Assembly (NCBI GenBank): GCA_900128395.1
Contig: LT649310.1
Coordinates: 1 to 40,118 of the forward strand
From: Stramenopiles sp. TOSAG23-2
Lineage: Eukaryota
Direction: 5' to 3'
DNA: 40,118 nucleotides
This document shows, one piece after another, positions 1 through 10,436 of this stretch (position 1 is its first letter; the number at the start of each line of letters is the position of its first letter). Below the pieces are notes generated by a model. It had not been told where the DNA came from, ran no database searches, and saw only the letters and a list, made by a program, of their open reading frames with translations. Position numbers and translations under genes: made by a program.

Positions 1-278
1 GATATTCTTGTTGTATATGGTATTATATCCATTTTAATTTCTTTTTCATTGTCGTGTATACTTTTCTTTTCATGTATATATACGTATATATATATATAAA
101 CGTTTGTATATGCAGTACTATCGTCTATGAGTATATATATAAAAAAAGGTAATCTGTCCGGGGTCCGGCCGGAAGTTTTAAGGTACAATCGGACACATTA
201 GCTATTGGTCCGTAGTAGACGACAATAATAGACGTTAAAAAAAAGCACTTGTTGGTTTGAAATATATAAATCTAGCCT

Positions 279-457
279 ATAGAATAAACGATATAGACTA
301 GATATATATATATATATGTCCCAATAGTCAATAAACTATTTTTATAGATATATATTGGTAATTCAAAATAGAATAAACGATATAGACTAGATATATATAT
401 ATATATGTCCCAATAGTCAATAAACTATTTTTATAGATATATATTGGTAATTCAAAA
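279..457. repeat. Perfect tandem duplication, 89-bp unit x2
   Basis: The unit atagaataaacgatatagactag...ggtaattcaaa starts at 279 and again at 368. Confidence 0.95.
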
Positions 458-513
458 ACGCCTCAACAAAAAAGGACGTATTATTATTATCGATACATAT
501 ACATATACATACC

Positions 514-3102
514 ATGGCTGCTGCTCCAAGACCTCCATCTCCAAAATCATTAGTAAAATCCTTGCAACGAATTAATGTAAGTATTAACTCAGATTTAGCA
601 AGGTTGCCTCGAAGGGACGTATCTCCATTCCAACAACAAGTAACAGATTTAAAAGATAGTGAAATTAATAATGATAACAACAAAAACAACAATAATAATA
701 ATAACAACAACAGTACCTACCACGATACCACAAATGAAAATAAAGAATCCAAAAGCAATCAAAATATTGCACGTAAACCACCAATAGGAATAAGAAACAT
801 CAAGAAACATAATAATAATAGTAATACAAATTTAAGCAAAAAAAAAAATATTTCTTCTTTGTTTATAACCAGTGGAAGTGAGGATGATAATAGTTTAATG
901 TATGATAGTATTTTTGCAAGCAACAGCAACATTGGTAGTAGCAAAGCGCTTGATAAGGCCCAAGAGAAATTAAATAAAAAGCAAAGTAAACATGTAAATA
1001 TTGATAGTAGAGTAGAAGAAGATTTCAACAAAATGGGTCCATTAAATCCTATTGTGTCCTCCACTTTAATTGGTCAAGAATTTGTTGATCCTACTTCATT
1101 ATTTGACGATTCGGTTTTATCTTCTTCTGTTGCTAATGCATCTTTTGGGAATGATCGAATGTCGAGCATATTGTTAAAGAAAATCAAATCGTCTAGCAAG
1201 AAAAAGAGATTTTCACTGATTGAAAAACGTTTTGGAACAACAAAGCATGTACATCAACCAACTCGTACGCAAAAGCAACTTTTGCATGATTTAACGCCAA
1301 AATGGCAAAGACCGGTTGTAAAAAAGAAAAAGAAAAGAAAAATGAAAGCATCAAAGTTCAACAAAACAAAAGTCAATATTTCAAGTACTAGGCAGGCTTT
1401 ACAAGAACTATCGGCTAATGGTTATAAATTGACTGGCGGTTCCAGATCAGAATGGGATATGGAACTTTTAAAACCATTGCAAAATATAGATGAAGGCAAA
1501 ACATTTTCATCATCATCTCGTAACCGTCGTCGAAGCCGTAAAAATAAAGGTATTACATCTCGTAACAGTCGCCAGAAAAAAAAAAAATCATCATCGTTAA
1601 AAATGAAATCTCGTGGTTTACATCGTATTGATAATAATATAAATGAAAATATTAAAAATACGAGTTATGAATTCAAAAAATCATCAAGTACAAGTAGTAT
1701 TAATAGTAATAGTTCAAGAAGTAGAAGGCGAACAAGAACAAAATCATCATCATCATCAAGGCGAAAAAAAAATGCTAAATCCGTATCTCTCTCTAGAAAA
1801 AGCAACAACAATAATACATTTTTAACAGCATTACCATCCCCAAGAATTCGTTCGAAGGCTAATAAACGCGAGCGTATAGGTTCATCGAACTTAAGACGTA
1901 CCATTCGCAGTAGCAAAAGTATGAATAATTTAGAAAATGAAAGACAAAAAAAATCGTCTTTAACATCAAAAAGAAGCAAAAGAACCGATCGCCGTCAACG
2001 TATAAAATCAAGTAGATCCAACTTATCAAAATCTGTTTCATCAACGTCTATTATGTATAATGCCGGGTATAAAAGCATATATGACCGAAAACTTAGTAAC
2101 AAAAGAAAAGAAAGACGAGGGAAGAAACAAAATGGTAGATTAAAATTGTCCTCAAGAGATTTGAAACTATCAAGTGTAAAAGATCAAAAACATCGTAGAA
2201 GAAGAAGAAATAATATTAATATGGATACAAAACAACCAGAAACAAGTGATACATTTTTGACGTCTTTGTTAGATAATACAGATGATGAAGAGAATTTCAC
2301 GGCGATTTCTTCATCGTCTCAAGTAGGAAATATTTGTGATCAATCAATATTGACAAAACAAGCGGAGCAAAATCAATTTTATCTTAAAGCATCTGCGAAA
2401 AAAACTTCATTAGGAAAGAAAAAAAAGAAACGTATTGTTGGTAATAAAGATAAGATGACTAAAAATAAAAAACCATCCTCTAAATTTGGCCAACAAAGCA
2501 GTACCTTCCTAACTGCAAGTTTATTTGAGCCATTTGATGAAGATGAGTTTAATCATTTTGATTCGCCTGTTCTAGAGACAGGAAGTGATATTCAACATGG
2601 CAAATCCAGAAATATCCCATCCTATATCAAAACAATACGTCATGTAAAAAAAGCTTATATTGAAGAGGAGGAAGAAGAAGTTGTAGATGCAAGTGGGGGA
2701 TTAACGACTGGTTTGAGTAGCATGACTCGAGGTTATAATACCAGTTCATTAGGGGGGAAAGATACCACTAGGATGATGCTTGGTTTATCAATAAATAGTA
2801 AAACAAGAAATAAAAAACGACATGCATGGATGTCAAAGTCCGTTTTAAAACAACAAGATTCAAATAGACACAATATGCTAATGCCATTTGGCAAATCTCA
2901 TGGTTCCAGTGCAAAAGTCAATTCAAAATTATCTAGAAAAACTAGGCAATGGAGTGCATCTCGTGCCAGTGGTGGTAACAATACTTTTCAGTCATATACA
3001 AATAATTCACGAGGAGGTGGGCATCGTCTATCAAAGAAACGGCATAATCATAACAAAGGTATTTTATTAGGAACTGGTGTTGTACGAAGGGTGTCTAGAT
3101 AA
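514..3102 (+). CDS. Hypothetical 862-aa Ser/Lys/Arg/Asn-rich low-complexity protein, probably disordered
   Basis: 2.6-kb stop-free ORF in AT-rich DNA with a good start context (accATGg). No recognisable domain; a TFLT[SA] motif recurs. Confidence 0.8.
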   Translation: MAAAPRPPSPKSLVKSLQRINVSINSDLARLPRRDVSPFQQQVTDLKDSEINNDNNKNNNNNNNNNSTYHDTTNENKESKSNQNIARKPPIGIRNIKKHNNNSNTNLSKKKNISSLFITSGSEDDNSLMYDSIFASNSNIGSSKALDKAQEKLNKKQSKHVNIDSRVEEDFNKMGPLNPIVSSTLIGQEFVDPTSLFDDSVLSSSVANASFGNDRMSSILLKKIKSSSKKKRFSLIEKRFGTTKHVHQPTRTQKQLLHDLTPKWQRPVVKKKKKRKMKASKFNKTKVNISSTRQALQELSANGYKLTGGSRSEWDMELLKPLQNIDEGKTFSSSSRNRRRSRKNKGITSRNSRQKKKKSSSLKMKSRGLHRIDNNINENIKNTSYEFKKSSSTSSINSNSSRSRRRTRTKSSSSSRRKKNAKSVSLSRKSNNNNTFLTALPSPRIRSKANKRERIGSSNLRRTIRSSKSMNNLENERQKKSSLTSKRSKRTDRRQRIKSSRSNLSKSVSSTSIMYNAGYKSIYDRKLSNKRKERRGKKQNGRLKLSSRDLKLSSVKDQKHRRRRRNNINMDTKQPETSDTFLTSLLDNTDDEENFTAISSSSQVGNICDQSILTKQAEQNQFYLKASAKKTSLGKKKKKRIVGNKDKMTKNKKPSSKFGQQSSTFLTASLFEPFDEDEFNHFDSPVLETGSDIQHGKSRNIPSYIKTIRHVKKAYIEEEEEEVVDASGGLTTGLSSMTRGYNTSSLGGKDTTRMMLGLSINSKTRNKKRHAWMSKSVLKQQDSNRHNMLMPFGKSHGSSAKVNSKLSRKTRQWSASRASGGNNTFQSYTNNSRGGGHRLSKKRHNHNKGILLGTGVVRRVSR

Positions 3103-3805
3103 ACCGTGGTGGTGGGGTTAGTGTACACAATACAAGATTTGTTTTTGTTATACGAATACATATAATACGTCTTGTTATATCCGACACTTCGACCGAAGTT
3201 GTATCATATACGAAGTATGCAGACGTACGTATATGGTATTAGCTATTATTGCATGTATTATGTAGTTGTGAAGTTCGTAAATCACTTTTTCATCCAATTT
3301 TTTTTTAAAATATCCGGAAAAATTATAAAATATTTGTTATTAATGCTCTACCTAATACAAATTTTTTATTATTCCCAAAAATATCATATCCGACATACAT
3401 TTTCCGACATTTACATTCCACCTCCCAGAACTCACAATAATATTGTAAACTGTACCAGGTATATAGTATTTTTTAACTATAACAACAATACAAACTTATA
3501 CGTATTACGTATCCCCCCCCAAATATATTATTGTGAATACCACCTGGTAGTACTGTGTATATATTATTCCAATTATTAGACCATATATATTAGAATTATT
3601 ATTTACCAAAATTAATGATAGTCGTCTATTGCAAAATGCATATGTATTATTTATTGTAGAAACAAGAAGAAAATACTTTAGTTGTAAACATTATTATAAA
3701 CGTGAAAGATTAATTTTAGAACAACGAAGAGAGTTAAAAATAAAATAAGAAAGAGAAAGAGAACAACAACATAAAGAAAGAAAGAAAGGGAAAACAAACA
3801 AAAAA

Positions 3806-5032
3806 ATGTCATCTGAAGTGCCACCAGACGGTTTATCTGAGAGACAACTATTAAAATGGTTTGCGGATGCACCGAAGCGACAAAAAGAGAGAGAATTGAA
3901 AGAAGAAGAAGAATGGAATGCACAGCAAGCAAAACAAAAGAAAAAACAAGATCAAATCAGGCGACGTGAAAAATTAAAAGAAGAGAAAAAATTAAGTAAA
4001 CGAAAAATGGCGGAGAGGAAAAGGAACGCCAAAAAAAGGAAACGTGAAAGAGAATTAAAAGAAAAACAGGAAAGAAATAAAAATCGTAAACCTGGTGGTT
4101 TTGCTACTACAGAATACAAATTATCACCTGCACTAAAAGCTTGTTGTGGCGGGGCCGAACAATTAAGTAGACCACAAGCGACGAAACAGATATGGGTTTA
4201 TATAAAGGCAAATAATTTACAAAATCCAGATAATAAACGCGAAATTATCTGCGATGCTAAATTGTTAAAAGTTTTTGATAATAATAAAAAAATTGGTATG
4301 ATGCAAGTCGCTAAATTTTTAAGTGCACATTTCATAGGGGATCCTATCAGCAAAGCAACTGGCTCATCTACTAGCACGAAAAAGAAGACAAAGAAACCAC
4401 CTACAAAACAGAAAAAAAAAGAAGCGGAGTCTGAATCAGATGAAGAATCTGAAGAGGAAGAAAGTAGTTCTGAAGAATCAGAAGAATCCGAAGAAGAATC
4501 TTCCGATGATGAAGATGGTGAAGCAACAAATGGGAAATTAAGAAAAGCAATACATTCGTATCTTAAATCAACTGATTTATCAACTGTAACTAATAAAACT
4601 GTACGCAAATACCTTGAAAATAAATTCAAATGCCCATTAAAAGAAAAAAAAGCATTTTTAAAACAGGAAGTTCAAATTTTTCTAGAAGAAGGAATTTCCA
4701 GCAATAGTAATAGTAGTAGCAGCAGCAGTTCATCAAAGAAAAAAAAACAAAAAAAGAAGAAGAAAGCTAGTGGTAGTAATAATAATGGTGGTTTCAATAA
4801 AGAGCTTAATCTTAGCAAGGATTTATCAGCTGTCTGTGCAGGGAAACCAAAATTATCACGCTCACAAGTGGTGAAAGCATTGTGGGTATATATCAAAGCA
4901 AATAATTTGCAAAATCCTGAAAATAAGCGTGAAATTCTTTGTGATAAAAGGTTTAAAAAAATAATGGATGGAAATGATAAAGTGACAATGTTTTCTATGA
5001 ATAAATATATTGGTGCACATTTGTCAGATTGA
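3806..5032 (+). CDS. SWIB/MDM2 + DEK-C domain chromatin protein (Uaf30/Tri1/spp27-like), architecture SWIB-acidic-DEK_C-SWIB
   Basis: Two SWIB repeats (LSRPQATKQIWVYIKANNLQNPDNKREIICD and LSRSQVVKALWVYIKANNLQNPENKREILCD) flank a DEK-C-like segment (LRKAIHSYLKSTDLSTVTNKTVRKYLENKF). Confidence 0.93.
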   Translation: MSSEVPPDGLSERQLLKWFADAPKRQKERELKEEEEWNAQQAKQKKKQDQIRRREKLKEEKKLSKRKMAERKRNAKKRKRERELKEKQERNKNRKPGGFATTEYKLSPALKACCGGAEQLSRPQATKQIWVYIKANNLQNPDNKREIICDAKLLKVFDNNKKIGMMQVAKFLSAHFIGDPISKATGSSTSTKKKTKKPPTKQKKKEAESESDEESEEEESSSEESEESEEESSDDEDGEATNGKLRKAIHSYLKSTDLSTVTNKTVRKYLENKFKCPLKEKKAFLKQEVQIFLEEGISSNSNSSSSSSSSKKKKQKKKKKASGSNNNGGFNKELNLSKDLSAVCAGKPKLSRSQVVKALWVYIKANNLQNPENKREILCDKRFKKIMDGNDKVTMFSMNKYIGAHLSD

Positions 5033-5394
5033 TTGAAGTGATGTGATGGCCATTGTAATTGATATATGTAAATATTTATTCCGTAGAGTATGATTATCAT
5101 ACGGAGACTTCGTATGATGTATGATAATGATAATATGATTTTCTCAAAAAAAAATTATATATATATATATATATTATAAACAAAAGTAAAAAGAGAAAAA
5201 ATATATAATAAAAATAAGATCTCTCATTGAAAGAAGGGAGAGGGTGAAGAGATTAAAATTTGCGTGAGATATATGGGGGGTGATACTTAAATAAAATAAA
5301 AAATGAAAATTATGAGATGCTTCGGGTGTTGATAAAAATAAAATTTAAAATTTTTATAAAAAAAAATATTATACACATGAAAATATTAAATACA

Positions 5395-5509
5395 AAAGAT
5401 ATTTATAATATATTATAAAATTGATAATTATATTATCTAAACATATTTTTAAAGATATTTATAATATATTATAAAATTGATAATTATATTATCTAAACAT
5501 ATTTTTAAA
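5395..5509. repeat. Perfect tandem duplication, 56-bp unit x2
   Basis: aaagatatttataatatattataaaattgataattatattatctaaacatattttt at 5395 and 5451. Confidence 0.95.
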
Positions 5510-6065
5510 ACACAATCAACATCAAATACATTATTATCTCAATAAATAAACATCCAATCATAACAATATATACAATTGTGAAACAAAAATGAAAAAGAAG
5601 AAATATTCGTTAAAATTAGGTGCAATAATACATCCAAAATGCAACTAAATGGAAGTAAATGTACCAAATTTAAAATGAAATATGCATTACTAGACTATAA
5701 TTTTCAGTTTTTTGTTATTTATTGGATCAAATAGTCGATAGTTGCATATAAAATTGACATTTAAACCAAAATTTATAAAGATATTGAATTTTTACAACCA
5801 GTTCATGTTACGTTTAAAATGTGCAAAGTTCCCTGTGTATATATCACACACATTCTTTGCATATTAACATGGCATTCATTATAACTATAAAATCAAAACT
5901 TTGCATTTTATTCTATTTCTTTTTCTAGGCGCTTTCTATTTCCTCTAATAACACCCAATGGACACAATGTTTCCATCATGTAATGATTCTCATCCTTCTA
6001 CTGTTCTATGTTGACATCTGACAAGTACATGTGGTCCTACTGTAAACGTTGCTTTGGTACTAATA

Positions 6066-6345
6066 AGACTGTTTATTTTAACGATAATTTACAATTTTTT
6101 TATTCTATGCAGTTTCTAAACTTATGTTGTTAACTGTAAAATTTTTAACTTTTTTCAGAGCTATTAAAAATTGCTCCAAATTGAAACAATAATTTTAAAG
6201 TTAATAGACTGTTTATTTTAACGATAATTTACAATTTTTTTATTCTATGCAGTTTCTAAACTTATGTTGTTAACTGTAAAATTTTTAACTTTTTTCAGAG
6301 CTATTAAAAATTGCTCCAAATTGAAACAATAATTTTAAAGTTAAT
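6066..6345. repeat. Tandem duplication, 140-bp unit x2
   Basis: agactgtttattttaacg...aattttaaagttaat at 6066 and 6206; identical by eye. Confidence 0.95.
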
Positions 6346-6689
6346 GATTTAACTTTAAAAGGTATAAAACAAAACGTCTATGTATAAATTTACGAGTGAG
6401 ATTTTCATATGCATTATATATATATATATATTGCAATTGCACAATAAAAGTGTGTGTAAACTCTCACAATGCTATTTCCATACTATGACATGGATATTCT
6501 AGTATCCATTGGCAACCTTGCTTGTAATAATTTTGGATAATTCCCAAAATGCTAAAAGGTAAAAAAAGACCAAGCCAAACATCCGGTTTCTTCATGAAAA
6601 TATTTTTTTTTAACATTTATTACTTTTACGCTGTAATAGGCCTGAAAATATTTATATCATAGGACTTGTTAGAGTATGAATTGTGATGA

Positions 6690-7090
6690 TTCGCCAGGTT
6701 TAGCATGGACACAGCAAGATCTCTACATACCTCAACAAAAACAAATATCAAAGAGAAAAACCATATGTTGTATTTCACTGTAATTGGTAAAGGTAAAAAA
6801 AACAGAACAATTCCATTATCAAAAAACAGATCGATCGAGATGAAACCAATCATTAATGCTATTCGAACATCATACAGTATGTTCTAAAAGGTAGATTCGG
6901 CGGACCAATGTCTTTATCTGGTTTACATAAAATGGTCAAACGATTGGCTAGTAAATTGGACAAACCAGAAGTAAGTTGCCATTGGTTTAGAGTAAGTAGT
7001 ATCTATAGTAAAGACGGTTTTATGCTAAATGTTGAAAAGTATATGCAACGGTGGCGATTGATACCAATAAGCAAAACAATTGCGATACTT
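6690..7090 (+). pseudogene. Decayed tyrosine recombinase (XerC/D or phage-integrase-like catalytic domain)
   Basis: FTVIGKGKKNRTIPL (catalytic-Lys beta-hairpin), then after a frameshift at ~6885 KGRFGGPMSLSGLHKMVKRLASKLDKPEVSCHWFR (HxxR box), then a frameshifted NGGD/LIPISKT resembling the GxDL..vS.xLGH region. The first catalytic Arg box and the LGH/Tyr are eroded. Confidence 0.85.
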
Positions 7091-7157
7091 TATAATAAAT
7101 CAAATAATACATTATAATATGTTTTGTTTTTATTGCATGTGTTGATAATTTTTATGT

Positions 7158-7832
7158 GTGTATTATTTTGGGTTAGTGCTGGCATTTATATTATTGTTTT
7201 TTTGCACCTGTCCAGCTGTATTATTTTTTGTGTCAGCCTCGTTTTCCAAAATTGTCAATCACGATGTTTTTTATCTGATCAAAGAACTAAAAAACATACC
7301 CAGCCTTGAATTGAATGAAAATCAATCAAAAGATTTTTTGTCCCAGTTACACTTGGAATTTCCACAACATAACTACGTTATTGTTGATCAAAATGCTCCT
7401 AGTTATGCATGTTGCTTAGTTTACATGTGTAAAGAGCTTGAACATTCATATGGAAACTTTTATAATATGTTTAATAAAGTTCAAAGCGCATTTTCTCTGA
7501 GCAATTTATTGATGCTGGCATGTAAATTGATTAGATACAAACGAGTGAACTTCCCCGGCTTCAAAATTACAAATGTTTTAGGGCATATGAATACAATGAA
7601 TGTAACTATTATACTTTCGAAAAATGGACGATATATTGGTGCTGCAACAACACTGGTACAGACTGATCAGAACCATCAAGAAAATTCCATCGATTTTCTA
7701 AGGGAGCTCACTAACGCAGACGAACGTACTGAATCTATGGGTGAACGGTCAATGTCGATGGATTCTCTGTTGGGAACAGCGTTCGGTGAAGTAAACGCTC
7801 CATTTACACCGCTTCTGAATTTGTTTAACTAA
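7158..7832 (+). CDS. Hypothetical orphan ORF within the recombinase island (true start uncertain)
   Basis: 675-nt open frame with globular-looking composition amid very AT-rich DNA. No in-frame ATG near the 5' end and no recognised domain. Confidence 0.45.
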   Translation: MYYFGLVLAFILLFFCTCPAVLFFVSASFSKIVNHDVFYLIKELKNIPSLELNENQSKDFLSQLHLEFPQHNYVIVDQNAPSYACCLVYMCKELEHSYGNFYNMFNKVQSAFSLSNLLMLACKLIRYKRVNFPGFKITNVLGHMNTMNVTIILSKNGRYIGAATTLVQTDQNHQENSIDFLRELTNADERTESMGERSMSMDSLLGTAFGEVNAPFTPLLNLFN

Positions 7833-7967
7833 ATTTATGATTTTTTTTAAGATTTTCGTATGAATCTGTATGATTTTATAGTCTGTGCTATTCTGATGCT
7901 ATTCCTTAAATTTATATATAGTTTTAATAGTTATGACATATAATATTAAGTATTTTTAAAATATAAT

Positions 7968-8035
7968 TTTTGTGACAAATTTTACCAGTGTTTTTTGTGA
8001 TTTATATATTACAAGTGGTAATTTTTGTCACAAAA
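7968..8035. other. Inverted repeat/hairpin with 20-bp arms (18/20 paired)
   Basis: ttttgtgacaaattttacca (7968-7987) versus tggtaatttttgtcacaaaa (8016-8035). Confidence 0.85.
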
Positions 8036-8394
8036 TTTAAAAAAAATAAATATGTACAAAATACGTTTAACGTGATTGCAATTCTTGGAGAACTTCTTGC
8101 ATTCTCATTCGAAAGAAATCTTCTGCAGTGATTAAGACACTTATCGGTAAATAAACACATTCATTTGCCATATATTAATATGAATCCTCTTTATATACAC
8201 ATTATTTTAAAATCTAGAGATAAAATATATATATATTAAAAACAATGATGCATAAAATAATACTTAAAGTGTACGAACGTTCGTAATATTAAATTTACGT
8301 TTCGCGTACGTATATTTTACGAAAACGTTCGTACGAAATACGCTCTCGTACATTAAATAGAGAGAGAGCGCGCGTTTTCTCCCCACATTTTTCT

Positions 8395-9207
8395 CTACTT
8401 GATTTTATATACATAAGATTCTGAAATCCCATTGTGTTCTTTACGATAATAACCATCAAAAACTATTGTTTCAATTTTTGTAAATAATTTTTCTCTTTCT
8501 TTCGCATCCATTTTTTTTAAACACCAACGATCTGGATCACCAAAGTATATATCAATATCACTTCCAAATTTTTTTTTTAACTTTTGAAACCATGGTAATA
8601 CCAATTTTGCTATACTATCGTCATAAAATATATCGCCAGCAATAATGGTATCAGGTTGCATGTTATTAAATAATGACAGATCTTCGTCACCAATTAAATT
8701 ATTGCCATTTAATTGAATTAATTGATTATGGTTGGTGTTATTATCATAATTATTTTTATTGTTTAAATACCAATTTAGCTCGGTTGCAACTAAAGCATTT
8801 GGGTCAATATCATTTGCAATTATATTTTTTGCCCCAACTTGCTTTGCTGCAATAGAACTGATGCCACATCCACAGGCAAAATCAAGAATATTTTTATTTT
8901 CAAATAATGATTTATTATTTAATAAAAATTTTGTCAAACTGTATCCGCCTGGCCACAATATTGACCACCAAGGTAAACTTTCCCAATGTGATGGTAAGTC
9001 ACGTTCTGTTGCATAATACATTTTTGTTTTTGGTGTTATTAAGTTGAGTTGTATATTATTCAACGTTTCGATTTTCACCACTTCCGTTACATTTAGTATT
9101 TCTTTTTTAATTGACAATGGCGTCGTTGATAAAAATTGTGCATGTGTGTATCTATTACTACGTCGTGGATACATTACACACAGATGTTTGACTATATTTT
9201 TCATCAT
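8395..9207 (-). CDS. ETFBKMT: Seven-beta-strand lysine methyltransferase, ETFBKMT/METTL20-like, probably mitochondrial
   Basis: PWWSILWPGG motif, motif I ILDFACGCG, NDID and IIAGDIFYD; basic N-terminal presequence-like segment. Confidence 0.85.
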   Translation of the reverse strand: MMKNIVKHLCVMYPRRSNRYTHAQFLSTTPLSIKKEILNVTEVVKIETLNNIQLNLITPKTKMYYATERDLPSHWESLPWWSILWPGGYSLTKFLLNNKSLFENKNILDFACGCGISSIAAKQVGAKNIIANDIDPNALVATELNWYLNNKNNYDNNTNHNQLIQLNGNNLIGDEDLSLFNNMQPDTIIAGDIFYDDSIAKLVLPWFQKLKKKFGSDIDIYFGDPDRWCLKKMDAKEREKLFTKIETIVFDGYYRKEHNGISESYVYKIK

Positions 9208-9535
9208 TTAGTAGAATTCAAAACATATTGAAAGTAATAACTATGAAAAAAGTTAACTATAATAATTATTTGTATATGTATTATATAGTTTATGATATAT
9301 AATACTGGGTTGAATGTATTATGTTATTAATATAATTTATTATATTTTGATTTATTTTGGAGGAAAAAGAAGGCCAAAAGGATAATAAAAGAAAAAAAAA
9401 GAAGTGCATGCAGCAGAAGAAAAAATACTATTTATATTTATATTTTATTAAAGTGTTTTAGCAAACATCATACCTCTATTTCACACGTCTGTATAAAACA
9501 GACAAAAGAGAATATATTATCTCATTATATTCTTT

Positions 9536-10168
9536 TTACAATTCATTTCTTTTCTTTTTCTTCTTTTTCTTCTTCTTTTTCTTCTTCTTTTTCTTTTTTT
9601 TTTTCTTTTTCCTTCTTTCTTGTTGCTCTTCATTTGGCATTGAATTACCAAAACTCTGTGGTACACCATCAACGAATACGTCTGGTTGTACACTGCCACC
9701 GGTACCCATATTGCTTGATGATTTCTTGGTTTTATCAACACCTTTACAAGATGCTTTGCAACCTGCTTCTTCGATTTCTTTCAATGTTAGGTATGGCTTT
9801 TTGACAAAAAGTTGTTCCAACAATTCTTCTGATTTATCCATCACTTTATGACAAGCTTTAATCATTTTTGGAGGAGGAAAATCGTAAATTTTAAATGAAT
9901 CCATTTTACATATATCAGCTATGATATCCATTACATCTGCTTCTGGACGCTTTGATCCTGCTTTTAGTTTCAAGGCCTTCCCAATTTCTTGAATCGTAGC
10001 ATTACATGCATGGCATACAACTTCCTTTGTGATTTTACTATCCATATTGCCCCCCATAACCATTTGAGAATATACAATATCCGTCTTTTTAGTCAACAAT
10101 ATAAATACAGTTATTAGCATATATGTTATTATTGAACGAAATAATGAAGTTGGTGTTATTGAATACAT
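9536..10168 (-). CDS. Canopy/DUF3456-like saposin-fold ER protein
   Basis: Hydrophobic N-terminal signal, saposin Cys pattern (CHAC...IC...AC...C...C), poly-Lys tail and a KDEL-like C-terminus (RNEL). Confidence 0.8.
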   Translation of the reverse strand: MYSITPTSLFRSIITYMLITVFILLTKKTDIVYSQMVMGGNMDSKITKEVVCHACNATIQEIGKALKLKAGSKRPEADVMDIIADICKMDSFKIYDFPPPKMIKACHKVMDKSEELLEQLFVKKPYLTLKEIEEAGCKASCKGVDKTKKSSSNMGTGGSVQPDVFVDGVPQSFGNSMPNEEQQERRKKKKKKKKKKKKKKKKKKKKRNEL

Positions 10169-10436
10169 GATAGTATTTCAAAAAAAAACTAAAGATGTAT
10201 TACCTTTTCTCTTCTCTCTGTCTCTCCTACAGATACTGTAAATATTGATATTTTTGTATGTTATTGTAACGATTGTATCTTTTTACTTGAATTGTTTTAT
10301 TATATGCATCATATAGTATAACAAATGTCTTACTTCTGTGGCTTATCTGTTTTATCTATTTATCTATTTATAGGATGGATGGATTTAAAATAATAAAAAA
10401 ATAATAATAATAATTGAAATAATGTGCACATGTCTA

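Noticed and set aside
3172-3579. 135-aa Tyr/Ile-rich ORF and similar intergenic ORFs (26850, 32672, 33930)
   Set aside because: Their composition reflects AT-rich spacer DNA and they have no domain features.
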